This document shows, piece after piece, positions 52,753-64,000 of a stretch of DNA of 64,000 nt. The stretch spans positions 1,649,927-1,713,926 of the forward strand of contig OZ316898.1 in the NCBI GenBank assembly GCA_973895155.1, read 5' to 3'. Source of the stretch: Marsupella aquatica (Eukaryota; Plantae; Marchantiophyta). Below the pieces are notes generated by a model. It saw only the letters and a list, made by a program, of their open reading frames with translations. It did no database searches and was not told the DNA's origin. Made by a program: the position numbers and the translations under genes. The number at the start of each line of letters is the position of its first letter. Positions within the stretch are counted from its first letter, which is position 1.

Positions 52753-53873
52753 TGGAAACCTTCTCTCTGAACTTGATGCTTTGGATGGGAACTCAAAGTT
52801 ATGGATCCCAGCAACAGTCACCTGATGAGGTAGATATTAGGGCGTCTCAAAGCTTGGCCTTAACAAGATAAGGCCCTCCCATAACTCAAGTATTATGGGA
52901 ACCCCCGTAAAAGTTATGGGAGCCAATTTTTGGCAACCATAAGGAAAGCCCGCAGGCTCAACACTTAACTTGTAACTTTCCCACAACTTTAGGTGGAAAT
53001 CCGCAAATTCAATACTCCAAAACTCCAGAAAGCTACAACTGAAGAAACATAGGATTTGCTCTTGACATGGTGATCGCCGCTGCACTTGAGGCGACAACTG
53101 ATCAAGAATTGAGGAACAAATAATATATGCTAAGAGACTGTAACTCCTGGCTCATGGGGTGGGTCAATGTTATTTCCCCCCATTTAAATTTTTTTATAAT
53201 TGGGCCTCATAACTTGAGTTATGGGATATATGACAGATCCATAATTTTCACTAATGACCCAGCTTTGAGACACCTTATTGTGAGGCCTTATTGTCCCTAC
53301 TGTGACGCCTTATTGTCCCTACAGCTGGAGATTTGTAATGTCGCCTTATTGTCCCTACAGCTGGAGATTTGTAATGTCCCTAAACTCCCTATTTTCATGA
53401 GTTTGAAATTTGAAAGTCGTTCGTCCGTATGAACTACGGAGCCCTTATGACTTGAGTGCCCAAACCATTCCCAAACCGGGGCGACAGGTGCTTCCGCCCG
53501 GTTTCCGGTACGCAAGTCCTGCCCAACGGCCCGCCCACCGAAAAAACAAAAGAAAAAGCGAAACCGGGCACACAAGGCCTGCCCGACTGCCCGCCCACCG
53601 CAAAATCAAAAACCAAAAGAAAAAGCGACGAACGTTCCCGGTCAGTATCGGCCCCCGGGCAGTCACCCACGCGTCGCGCCCACGGGCCAAACAAGAAAAA
53701 GGCGAAAACGAGAATCCAACTCTCAAACCCTGAGCTGGCGATGGACGGCTCAGATCGAGCCCCTCGCGAAATTTCCGTGCCGATTATTTCCCGTCGGAGT
53801 CGATAAACGAGTAGTAGGAGTCTCCAAAGCGCCCAACTGTTCCCGTACGTGGAACTTCGACCGCACTTCTCTT

Positions 53874-53882
53874 TTAGGGTTT
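53874..53882 (-). promoter_or_regulatory. Telo-box (AAACCCTAA) in the eIF1A 5' leader
   Basis: TTAGGGTTT lies just before a likely 5'-UTR intron (GT 53896 to AG 54313). Telo-boxes are typical of plant translation-machinery genes. Confidence 0.55.
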
Positions 53883-54360
53883 CCGAAGTCGCAAGGTAAG
53901 GCAGAGAGTAGAGTAAACGGGGGCCTCGCTCTCTAGGCGCAAGCTCTCCCGTCCGCAGTCTCGATTTGGAGAGGAGAGGAGAGGAGAGGAGAGGAGAGGA
54001 GAGGACGCGCATCGTGTGGAGAAAAGCAGAGCGTTTGTGGAAGCTTTTCTGTGGAGATTGGTCCTATTGTCGTGCCTGTTGCGGGACTCTGTTGCTGGGG
54101 TACGTTTCGGAGGCAGGGTGTTTGTGGAGAAGGGTCTGAGGAGGATCTTGTGAACGCATATACCGGAAGATTTGATCGATTGGTTTGCGGATTTCGATTC
54201 GGTTGGTGGGGAACTTTTCGGTGCGGAGGGATAGAACGAGACCCGTGAGGGAAAGGAGGGAGCTTGGTTTTTCGTCTATTTACGTTGAAGCTGATAGACG
54301 ATTCACCCTGCAGTAGACGATCATCTTTGGAGGGGAGGGTTCTAGTCTAGGGAAGCAAAC

Positions 54361-54798
54361 ATGCCGAAGAATAAAGGAAAGGGAGGAAAGAATCGGAAGA
54401 GAGGAAAGAACGAGGCGGAGGATGAGAAACGAGAGCTGGTCTTTAAGGAGGACGGGCAGGAGTATGCGCAGGTTTTGCGTATGCTCGGAAACGGCAGGTG
54501 CGAGGCGCTCTGCATAGATGGGACGAAGCGGCTGTGCCACATTCGGGGAAAGATGCATAAAAAGGTTTGGATCGCATCTGGTGACATAATTCTGGTCGGT
54601 CTCCGGGACTACCAAGATGACAAGGCAGATGTGATTCTTAAGTATCAGCCCGACGAGGCCCGTCTTCTTAAGGCGTACGGAGAGCTTCCAGATAATGTCC
54701 GTCTCAACGAGGGTATTGCCGGTGGTCTGGACGACGAGGAGGACGGTGATGCGGATGATTACATTGAGTTCGAGGATGAGGACATTGACAGGATATAG
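54361..54798 (+). CDS. eIF1A: Eukaryotic translation initiation factor 1A, 145 aa
   Basis: [18 protein letters not shown]...[24 protein letters not shown]...[12 protein letters not shown] with an acidic C-tail; single coding exon. Confidence 0.98.
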   Translation: MPKNKGKGGKNRKRGKNEAEDEKRELVFKEDGQEYAQVLRMLGNGRCEALCIDGTKRLCHIRGKMHKKVWIASGDIILVGLRDYQDDKADVILKYQPDEARLLKAYGELPDNVRLNEGIAGGLDDEEDGDADDYIEFEDEDIDRI

Positions 54799-55724
54799 AA
54801 TGGCTGTCTAGTTGGCTGGCGGTTGGCTTCGCGCCTTTCCCAGCAGATAACGTGCCAATAAGCACGGGGAGCTTGTCTGAGATGGAGGGCACGATCACCG
54901 TGTGACTTCCTTCACAGTGGAGCTATGATCGCCGCCTCAACTCCGACGTGATGAAGGTCTTAGCTGTTTTTTTGTAGGGAACCAACCTGTAAAGATTCCT
55001 CGCCTTACCTTATAGTGAGATCTTCCCTCACTGCACTCTTGTAACCATGTTTCTGTAGAGAAAGGTCTTTTCCTGTGCGTACCCAGGAATGTTGCTAGGT
55101 ATGAAAGCATTGAAAAGTGTGCAATGACTGAACAAGACTGGTCTGTTATTTTTAAGTACAGAAAATAATCTTAGTAAAGCGACAAACGGCCGACAGTATT
55201 ATTGTGGGTTACTTTCATTTGATTCTCTGAACTCCTTCATGCTAAGGACTTTCGTCCCAAAATTTCTGCTAGCTGATGGCGTGAAGATAATGAAAGTAGG
55301 ACAATATGGAGGATGCTATAAGCCTCCGAAATAAAATAGTTGTAAATTATTGAATTTCCGTTACATTTCCTCTGAGAGTAGTCGAATTTCATTCAGCGAG
55401 TTCACCCTTGAATTCTTCTTCCCGATGGATCGCATACCTGAACCCTGGCCTTCGGCGAAGTGGAGGGCAAGCACTAGGTACAGGTTGCGGGTCTTAACTG
55501 CCTTCATGTTTACAAATTCGCTTGTGAATTTTATCAACAATCATCACCACCTGGGCCTGTAGAAGCCCTTCTCGTGTGAACCTCCGACTGTCGAGCTCAA
55601 ACATGGCCAATTTTGTGTAAATCGTGGAAAGTTCTTTATGTAGTCGAAACGAATTCTCCAACTAATTCAATCTTCTTCAAACTAGATTGAAATTACAATT
55701 AGTAGCCCAAAGATTTTATTCTTG

Positions 55725-55950
55725 CCATATCACAGGGATCAGAGATCAGGCAGATTACAAAGTACTACACAGGCGGGTCAGAGATGAAAACTCGACTGAA
55801 ACTATAATTAGTTGCCCAATGATTTTATTCTCGCCATATCAGTACAACACAGGGATTAGAGAACACGGCAGATCATACAATACAACACAGGGATCAGAGA
55901 TCAGGCAGACTACAAAATACAACACAGCGATCAGAGATCAGACAGAGATT
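55725..55950. repeat. Short tandem repeats CACAGGGATCAGAGATCAGGCAGA downstream of eIF1A
   Basis: About 4 degenerate copies; only one is present in the intronic eIF1A copy. Confidence 0.7.
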
Positions 55951-57200
55951 ATAGCTGTTTGTTCTTGAATTGTTCATTGACCTGTGTAATTGTATTAGAC
56001 TAGTGGAGCTATGCTTGAGATTGAGATGTGTCCAATGGCTACAAAATTTTGTTGATCGAGGTGGTTATCGGATTATGTGTCAGACATGCCTTACAACTGA
56101 ATATCCAAAGAACAATTCACCGTCTCATTTTTGTCCAATATCCCTATTAAATCTTTCTATCAAGTGGCAATCGGATTAAGTGTCAGACATGCCTTGCAAC
56201 GGAAATATTCAAAGAGCAATTCACCTACTCAATTGTTTTTTTAGCGGAAGGGAAACCAAACCTGGATCTGCGATTTGGGGAAAGGAAAAGTGTAGATTCA
56301 ACTACAGTAGCAGCTTAACTGATGAAGTAGATGGACGACAGCAATATGTGGAACATCTACGTTCTAGTCAGCTGATGAGCATGACCAGACATGGAAATGG
56401 AACTGTAGACTGCAGTGAGGAAGGCAAGTGTTACTAATCCCAAGCTCTCACCTTCTGAATTTCTGATGTTTCAATAGGTGAGAAGTTTGGAAATGGAACC
56501 GTAGATTGTAGAGGGGGAAAGGCAAGCCAAGTGTTATTAATCGAAAGCTCTCTCCTTCTGAAATTCTTATGTTTCAATAGGTGAGAAGTTTGTGCCGGTG
56601 CCAGGTCACTTTTGGAGCATAGCTTCATTTGATGGCTTTTAGTAGTAAAGTAATTAATCTGCATCACGGACAAATAGCTTGTTTGATTTGATGGCTTTTA
56701 GTCATATCGTACTTAATACGCATCATGGACAAATAGCTTGTTGATTCTATCGCAGTACTTACCATTAAGTGCAAGGAATCCTGAACAATAGATGCATGGA
56801 AGCGAGATTCTTCGTGTAAATTGGTTGGAGGGTCTGTGGGGACATGAGAAATCGCCAAGACAACATTTGAAGCGGGAGTCAGGATGGACATAGTATCTGA
56901 AGGGTTAAGCCGGAAGGGGAAAGATGATATTTTTCTGAATTCCCTTCTTAGCACTTTATCCAGACCCATGCACGAGTCACAAAGACAACCTGACAATCCT
57001 TTTTACTCCAATGATATGTTGTGAGTGCACCGAAATTTGATAATGTAGCTTTTCCAGGCTTACTTTGGAGCTTGCAGGAGAATGACCACGGTCTTGGCTT
57101 TGACATTATCACAGTGGATGGCCTACCATTGCGTGTTACTTTTGGAGCACGAAATATATGCATCCGCTTCAAAACTTAAATTGTGGGCTTAATCATATGA

Positions 57201-60200
57201 CTATTGACTGACGGCATAATTGACAGAGTTTTCTTCTTTAGGTTGCTCCCTAATCTCTCCACTTTTTGTAATCACAATTTTGCTGTAAGGCCTGTAGAAA
57301 CCTTTCTCCGCCACCACAGCACGGCTGTCTCCAATCAACTTTGCAGTCCTGAAATAGTGGCAGGCAATGGAACAGACGTGAGGTGATGAGGATCTAAACA
57401 GAGCCTTGACCCTTAGTAGTTAACCAAAGAAAACTGCAAGACTGATTGTTTCCATACCATGCGCTAGCTAGATCCTCACTACCCTTCGGATTTATGGAGG
57501 AAGCCAAAGAGTGAGAAACATACTGAAAGTAGGGGCTGCTTGAATTCTCATTCACGACTTTCACTTCACCAATCGTCTTGATCACGTCAAACCCCTCTAC
57601 CACACGGCCCACAACAAGATTGCTAGAATCCAGCTGAGGCGAGTCGGCTGTTACAATCATGAACTCAGTTGCGTTTGGATCAGGCCGACTCTCCTCCTCC
57701 AGATATACGAATTTTCCATCCTTCGCAATCAACCTGAAGCAAAATTCCAAGAGTGCGATTTTTGAATACTCATCCGCAAAAGCCAGCTTATTCTGAAGAA
57801 CTATATCCTGTGAGAGATACGTCTTCTTATCCAGGAACGGCTCTTGAGCATAATTGAAAGGCCAAAAGCAAGTAGACATCCGAGTAGTCATGCTACCTCT
57901 CACTAAATGTAATAGTCTGTGATGATAAAAGAGACGAGAACATTGGACGAATTTGCCAATCAATTGGGTAGACAAAAGAGCTATACTTCGGCTTAGGGGG
58001 AGGCTTGTTGGGGTCGACCACAAAAAGAGACACAGCACCAGCGACATTTTTAGGTCGAGTTCCTTTCTTGTCAAGCTCAGCCATTTCTGCAGCCAGCGAC
58101 TCATTGTTTACTCCTCCAGTAATGCTCGTAACATCATTTTCTCCACCGCTTAAACTGAAAGATCGGACTCCATTATTTTGGATGTAAGTGGGAGTGACTT
58201 TGCCAAACTCCTTCCTGCGATATCCAATACCTCTCTTCCCTACTGCAAGCTCTGCAAACCTCTGGGCACCAATGGGTACATTTGTTCCATACAAACCCAC
58301 CACAATTTCACCGACGGGCTGGCCGTCAATGGCTATATCAAAGAAGACTTTCTTTGTGATGGGGAAATCTTCCTCAGCCAAAGCCTTCCCTTTTGTTTCG
58401 TTCGCCAGGAACGCTGTCGAGCTGCAAAGTGCAACTGCAGTTTGCAGCACTGTTCTTCTAGAGACATTGGATCCGCGTAGAATTGGCGAACTGCTCTCCC
58501 GCCCTTCACTGATGTACTAAATGGAGGCAACAATATTACAAACCTTCAAAGCATCTGGAGCAATTGTCTTTGTGATGCAATTCTCCCTTAAACCTACACG
58601 CTAAGTCAAGAACTTTTGCAGATCCTGACTACATCTTTTTACTCCAAGACATATATGACTATGACTGAGTCTAAAACACCATCTCTCCGCTGCTCAGTCC
58701 TCCAGGCACAAGAAACAAGATCAACGCCTCTAGAGAACTTCACAAAGACTTTACCTATCGAAAGTTGGAAAAAGGCGGCAGTCATTAGTATTACTTTGTG
58801 AAGGATTGCAATTCCACACCTTCGAATAGAATGCAGCTCCCCAGTCTGCCAAAAATGGCAAAGGCGTTAAGAACTCATACATGATAAGTCCTATTCTCAA
58901 TTTCATGCCAAAAACTTGAACACCTTCCACTACGTAATACTACAAAGAAAATGCAAAAAATGTCCGAGTTCGGACAGACGATACGGAAGATACTTTCTCA
59001 ACACTAAATTCAAATTGCTTACCAGTTTAAAATGGTTCATTGATCAGTTTCAAAAAATTCAAACAATTTTCACAAATTCAATTCTTTGAGTTAAGGTATC
59101 TCAATTCTTGGTGTGAGCTCATGCAAGAACATGCTGATGGTCTAGAGAGTAACTTGAACGGTATGTCGTTCTGGAGAAGGGAAGCTGGGATTGAGGAATG
59201 TGAGAATACCCTTAAAGAGCGTCGTCTTAGTGGCTGACGAAGAGGTGAGAAAGCAAACACTTCAGCTGCACATCAACGCACAACACACAGAGGTGCTGTT
59301 CACAAGCGATACCCGAGAAGGAGTTCATAATCAGCAATATATTCCCGAGTAGATTCAAATATTGTCAACCAGATGGCTACAGTACCTTCAACGAATTTAG
59401 AAACCTTGTCTGAAGTATCATGGTCCCTCGGAACAAATTCTGGAAAGTGAATACAAATTCTTGCTGTCTATGAGTGTGTTCCGAATTCACTTGAAGGGAT
59501 CTCTACGAATTCCCTGTCCGCACTCTGCACCCCTCTAAGCTCATATAGCTAAACGAGGAAGATATGCAGTTGAGGGACCAAGAAGACACAGAAACCCGGC
59601 CGTTCTAATCCCATTGAGGTTTTTAAGGTCAAGCCTCTCGTTGGCAGTACTCTTTTTGTTTTGACCACCCATTCCCTTTCTTGAATTTGACTACTCATTT
59701 CCATAGGCAACAAATTATTTGTTTCTGCAAGTAGTGGGGAGAGAAGACAAGGTGTATTCATTCTCTTCAGACCCACTAGCAACAGATAGGACACAAATAG
59801 GCACAACCCCCTTGGAATATTAAATCCTGCAGGGGCACAGTGGAATCGATTCGCCACCACGGGTAGGATACTCATTTAACACCACTTCTCCAATTCGGAT
59901 TCACGTCAGCCAGCGAGAGAGTCGAGGAACAAAATTAACAGGCCAGCGGAGAGCCCAAACTTGGACAGGAGAGAGGAATGCAGAGTAGGAAGAGATCCTT
60001 CGAACCTGCTAACAACGAGAGGGGGGAGCAAGAAGCAGACGAAGGAGATCACGAGATTCCGTGGATCCCAAATTGAAGACACTGATCCAAAGAAAAGAGT
60101 GCAACTTCTGAAAAACCAATCAAGGAGCTCAGAGAATTGAGAATGCAGTGAACTCGGACACTGCGCTGGGCAGAGTAAGAGAGCAGAGAAAGGTGGGGGA

Positions 60201-60298
60201 GAGAGCGCACCTTTTGAAAACGAGAGGAGAGGAGAGGAGCAACAGGAGGACGGATGCTCCACTGTGTATGAAAAACTGGGGGCCAGGGCGATCTCCAT
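57201..60298 (-). CDS. CYP28: Chloroplast thylakoid-lumen cyclophilin-type PPIase, CYP28-like, ~343 aa
   Basis: Confident exons are 58516-57987, 57733-57524 and 57348-57201; proposed transit-peptide exons 60298-60211 and 59265-59210 are less certain. Twin-Arg signal SRRTVL...ALA|EE. Motifs ITKKVFFDIAIDGQPVGEIVVGLYG, GYRRKEF, NLVVGRVVEG, SPYFQTAKLIGDSRAVVAEKGF. Confidence 0.85.
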
Positions 60299-60512
60299 AG
60301 CTGCTGGCAACTCTCGAGTGGAACAATGAGCTCGCAGTACACTTAAAACCGGATCTCCGTGGTCAGCTGATCGCTTCCAACAATTTGCCTCTTGAGAATC
60401 TCGCCTGATCTCATCCCATCAAACACGACGCGTTTGGATTTGTGGGGATTCCGCTTCTTTGTTTTTGTCTTTTAATTATTGATGAACGAGCCCGTCCATT
60501 ACGGAGCATGGA

Positions 60513-60690
60513 GGATTGTCCATAGTAAATGATGTTCAGTGTAAGTGACAGTATTGTCCATAGTAAATGATGTTTAGTGTAACTGACAGGATTGTCCATA
60601 GTAAATGATGTTTAGTGTAAGTGACAGGATTGTCATCACGGCATTGTCATCACGGCATTGTCATCACGGCATTGTCATCACGGCATTTTT
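60513..60690. repeat. Tandem repeats: 39-bp unit x3, then (ATTGTCATCACGGC)x4
   Basis: Read directly; the 39-bp unit recurs twice at ~61010-61080. Confidence 0.85.
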
Positions 60691-60781
60691 TAGGTAGAGG
60701 GTGTCCGTTGTGCTTCAGCGGGCACAGACATTCACTATTCTTCGTAGAGGTGAGGTTGTTATCTTAGAGCCTCTAGTAGTA

Positions 60782-61212
60782 TTCCTTTGCTTGACCCTCC
60801 TATGCAGTTCACATGAGAGCTCTACCAGGCTCTTCAATTTGCAGATGGGTAGACTTTAGGCTTCTGGTTTTAGATCTATTCTTTTTATTTTGTTTCCTTG
60901 TTTCCTGGCCATTCTTGGCCCCTTGGTTGTCCCCCCTTGACTGGGTCCTTTGCCTGAGGGATCATGTCTCCCGGTTGGGCGCACTTTGTTTTTTGGCAGT
61001 GTGATATAGAGATTGTCCATAGTAAATGATGTTTAGTGTAAGTGAGAGGATTGTCCATAGTAAATGATGTTTAGTGTAAGAAAGGCCAGGAAACAAGGAA
61101 ACAAAATAAAAACAACAGATCTAAAACCAGAAGCCTAAAGCCTACCGATCTGCAAATTGAAGAGCCTGGTAGAGCTCTGGTGTGAACTGCATACTAGGGT
61201 CCAGCAAAGGAA
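60782..61212. repeat. Fold-back inverted repeat (~129-bp arms, ~173-bp spacer)
   Basis: 60782-60910 is the near reverse complement of 61084-61212. Confidence 0.88.
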
Positions 61213-63548
61213 ACAGGCACTATTTGTCCTATTAGATTGGCAAATCCAGTGAGATGGCAGATTGCCCATAGTGGTTGAGTCAGCCTTGTAAGTGGGTTTC
61301 AAGGAGTGTGCAAGCGGCCGGGAAAATGACACATTGACGGCAAAGAATGTGTGCAGTCACACCTTTAGATCCATCTCATGGGTAGGAAAGAATGTCAATT
61401 TCAAGGAGTGCACAAGAGGCCGGGAAAATGACACATTGAGGGCAAAAACTTTGTGCAGTCACACCCTTTAGATTTTCTCATGGTTAGGAAAGAATGTCAC
61501 CATAATCCAACAACCAGGCAGACTTCCCACCAAAATGACATTTTGTAACAGACCATGAGAAAGAGCATAATTGCATCTTGTCATGTTTAGGGGTAATGAC
61601 CATGAGAAAGAAAGAGTCTAATTGCATCTTGTAGTGTACTTGTAGTGCAGTTGGTTTGATTTGGCAATGTTAACCAAACCTTCATAAATCTCCAGCTCAT
61701 GATACAAAGTTGTCACAAAGACAAATTTAGGTGAAGAATTCAAATGTCAAAAGCCTACTTGCTTTCTTGGCTTCTTGACCAGATATTCTGTAGATTTCAA
61801 CGATGATCCTTTAACTTGGGTGCAAAGTTGAGATGGTTCAAATGAGTTAAGAAAACATATATCACATTGCCAAAGAACAAAAAGGAGCCACACCTGGAAA
61901 CAAAATCTCTCTCTCCAATACCAGAAAAAAATCCCACAACCCCCTCCCTCCATGGCACAACCGGAGGGTTGTGTGTTTCGAGGAGGGTTAGTAACAATTC
62001 ACATACAACATATTTTAGATGTAAGATGGGGTGAGGTGCCCAGGAGGCCAGGAGGCTAGGACACCTTGGATTGATCTTGGAGTTTATAAATTTTCAAACC
62101 ATGCCCAGCTAGTATTTCTATGCTTGGATCCAATCATCAATTAAAACCAATTGGGATTTCAGAACTTTTCTGCCTGCTTGGATAACATTGTTGACACAAG
62201 GCTTGGATAACATTGTTGACACAAGCCTAACAGTCTAATGACCCTCTGGTCCGTACATTCAAAAATACAACTTGTGACCACTGGTTTCTATAAATCAGTT
62301 TACCTATGGTTGAGCATCCTTGTTTGTGTGGGCCTTCTATGGCCTGTCCAATTTTGTGGCATCTAACTTGCTCCCACTATTCCTACGCATGGGATCTAAG
62401 GAAATACGTCGTGACATATATTTAGAGTAAAAAGGGTTAATGTACCGGGCATTTTGAGATCCTATCTAAGCTTTTGACTGGTTTAGTTGTTACACCAAAT
62501 GCAGCTGTTTACAATATCCTACCACCATAATGGCAGGAATCCAAAGAATCCCCCACTCCAACAGTTTAAATTAGATGATTGTCTGTTTCCAACACCAAAC
62601 TCAAGGGAATGAGTGAGTAGTTCTCTGGTGTAGAGTTCTTGCTTTCATCAATTGTTAGTGAAGATCTCACTGAAGTTGATGAGGGCACTGTTTGCTGGTG
62701 TAGGAAGTCTGTTCATCATGAGTAATCAAGGGCCCAACTCGATGTAATGAGATTTGGTCTCCATGAATTATATCACCAAGGCTGCTGCTCTGACTTGGGA
62801 TTGAACAACTGCTATACTGAGCATCTCTTTGTAAATTTTCCACTGCTCCGGATCAGATGGCTATACAAATCTTGTTGTAAGTATACCTTGTCAAGTTCAT
62901 GCCATGCCACTCCAACCCCATATGATTTATTTATCTTTGTCTAGAACTCAATTCCATATGCCAAGAAAGACACTTTTTTTTGGCAGTCTTTCTTGGGAGT
63001 GAGCCCAAAGTAAAAACCAAGACCTTAGAAGGAAGGTCAACTGCCCACTGACCCCATATTATATGCACCTGGCCAAGTATGAAGAATTTTAAGAGTACCA
63101 AATGCTGGGAAATATGCAGACCACCTTTGCAAATCCTTGGGCACAAAATATGATTGATGTGATGACAGGCCAACCAGACTCCTCATGGTTGCCTTTAAAC
63201 ATTAGCCATGACAAAACCTGGATCCACCAGGTTTCACCATTAAAGTTGAATTTTTCACATATTGTGGAACCATTGGCACTGTAGAGGAGAGAGTGAGTTG
63301 AATGTGGAGAATAGAGAACTCTTGGACACCTCCCCCTTATAGAAGGCCAATGGCAGCTTAATAGCAGGAATGAGGGAGGCTCAGGTTAGTATATTCTCTG
63401 AAAAGTGGAATATTGTAGAGTGAGAACGTAGTCTGATTCCTGGTTTTTATATGTGAAACATATGCCTAAGCACAATTCTAAGACCTATTAGGGCTTGTCA
63501 AAGTTCTGATTCCCAGTTTTCATATGTGAAGTATATTCTAAAACATAT

Positions 63549-64000
63549 TAGGGCGTGTCAAAGTTCTCCCATAACCTAAGTGTTACGGTTTTACTTTTTT
63601 GGACGTATCACCCTTGTGGGGTATGTGTTTTAGTACCCCAAAGTGTTCTCCCATAACATAAGTGTTACGATTTACTTTTTTGGAGGTATCACCCTTATGG
63701 GGTATGTGTTTTAGTAGCCCAAAGTGTTCTCCCATAACCTAAGTGTTACAATTTTACTTTTTTGGACATATCACCCTTATGGGGTATGTGTTTTAGTAGC
63801 CCAAAGTGATTATGTCCTGGCCTTTTTTGGACTTATCACCCTTATGGGGTATGTGTTTTAGTACCCCAAAGTGATTATGTCCTGGCCTTTTTTGGACTTA
63901 TCACCCTTATGGGGTATGTGTTTTAGTACCCCAAAGTGATTATGTCCTGGCCTTTTTTGGACGTATCACCCTTATGGGGTATGTGTTTTAGTACCCCAAA
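63549..64000. repeat. Satellite/minisatellite (~68-82-bp units) running off the window end
   Basis: Repeated TTTTTTGGAC(G/T)TATCACCCTTATGGGGTATGTGTTTTAGTA(C/G)CCCAAAGTG. A single diverged unit also occurs at ~52420-52530. Confidence 0.9.

Noticed and set aside
53410-54012. Overlapping 93-192-aa ORFs upstream of eIF1A
   Set aside because: GC-rich promoter/5'-UTR plus a (GAGAG)n microsatellite; no protein features.

Overview
Eukaryotic nuclear DNA from a land plant with GT-AG introns. A bryophyte-like lineage is my inference from gene style only. Intact host genes: two six-exon CYP704B-like cytochrome P450 paralogs (2.8-6.6 kb and 31.5-34.5 kb), an LRR receptor-like protein whose kinase domain has lost its recognisable catalytic motifs, an F-box/LRR gene, a CCR/DFR-superfamily aldehyde reductase, tRNA-Ala(AGC), eIF1A and a thylakoid-lumen cyclophilin (CYP28-like). 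Mobile DNA: a full-length but decayed Ty1/copia element (298-bp LTRs, TSD ATTGA), a PIF/Harbinger element with an intact Myb-like ORF but only a transposase stub, two Helitron-like elements, a MITE, a fold-back repeat and several tandem duplications. The unusually long copia leader carries a nested 2.1-kb solo LTR with a palindrome-spacer array and a tRNA-derived Pol III-like cassette. Most notable: (i) a ~1-kb copy of the eIF1A 3' end sits antisense inside intron 1 of the neighbouring reductase gene; (ii) the intact LRR pseudokinase; (iii) the P450 pair differs at predicted substrate-recognition sites. Exon coordinates and identities were read by eye; no database search was run.
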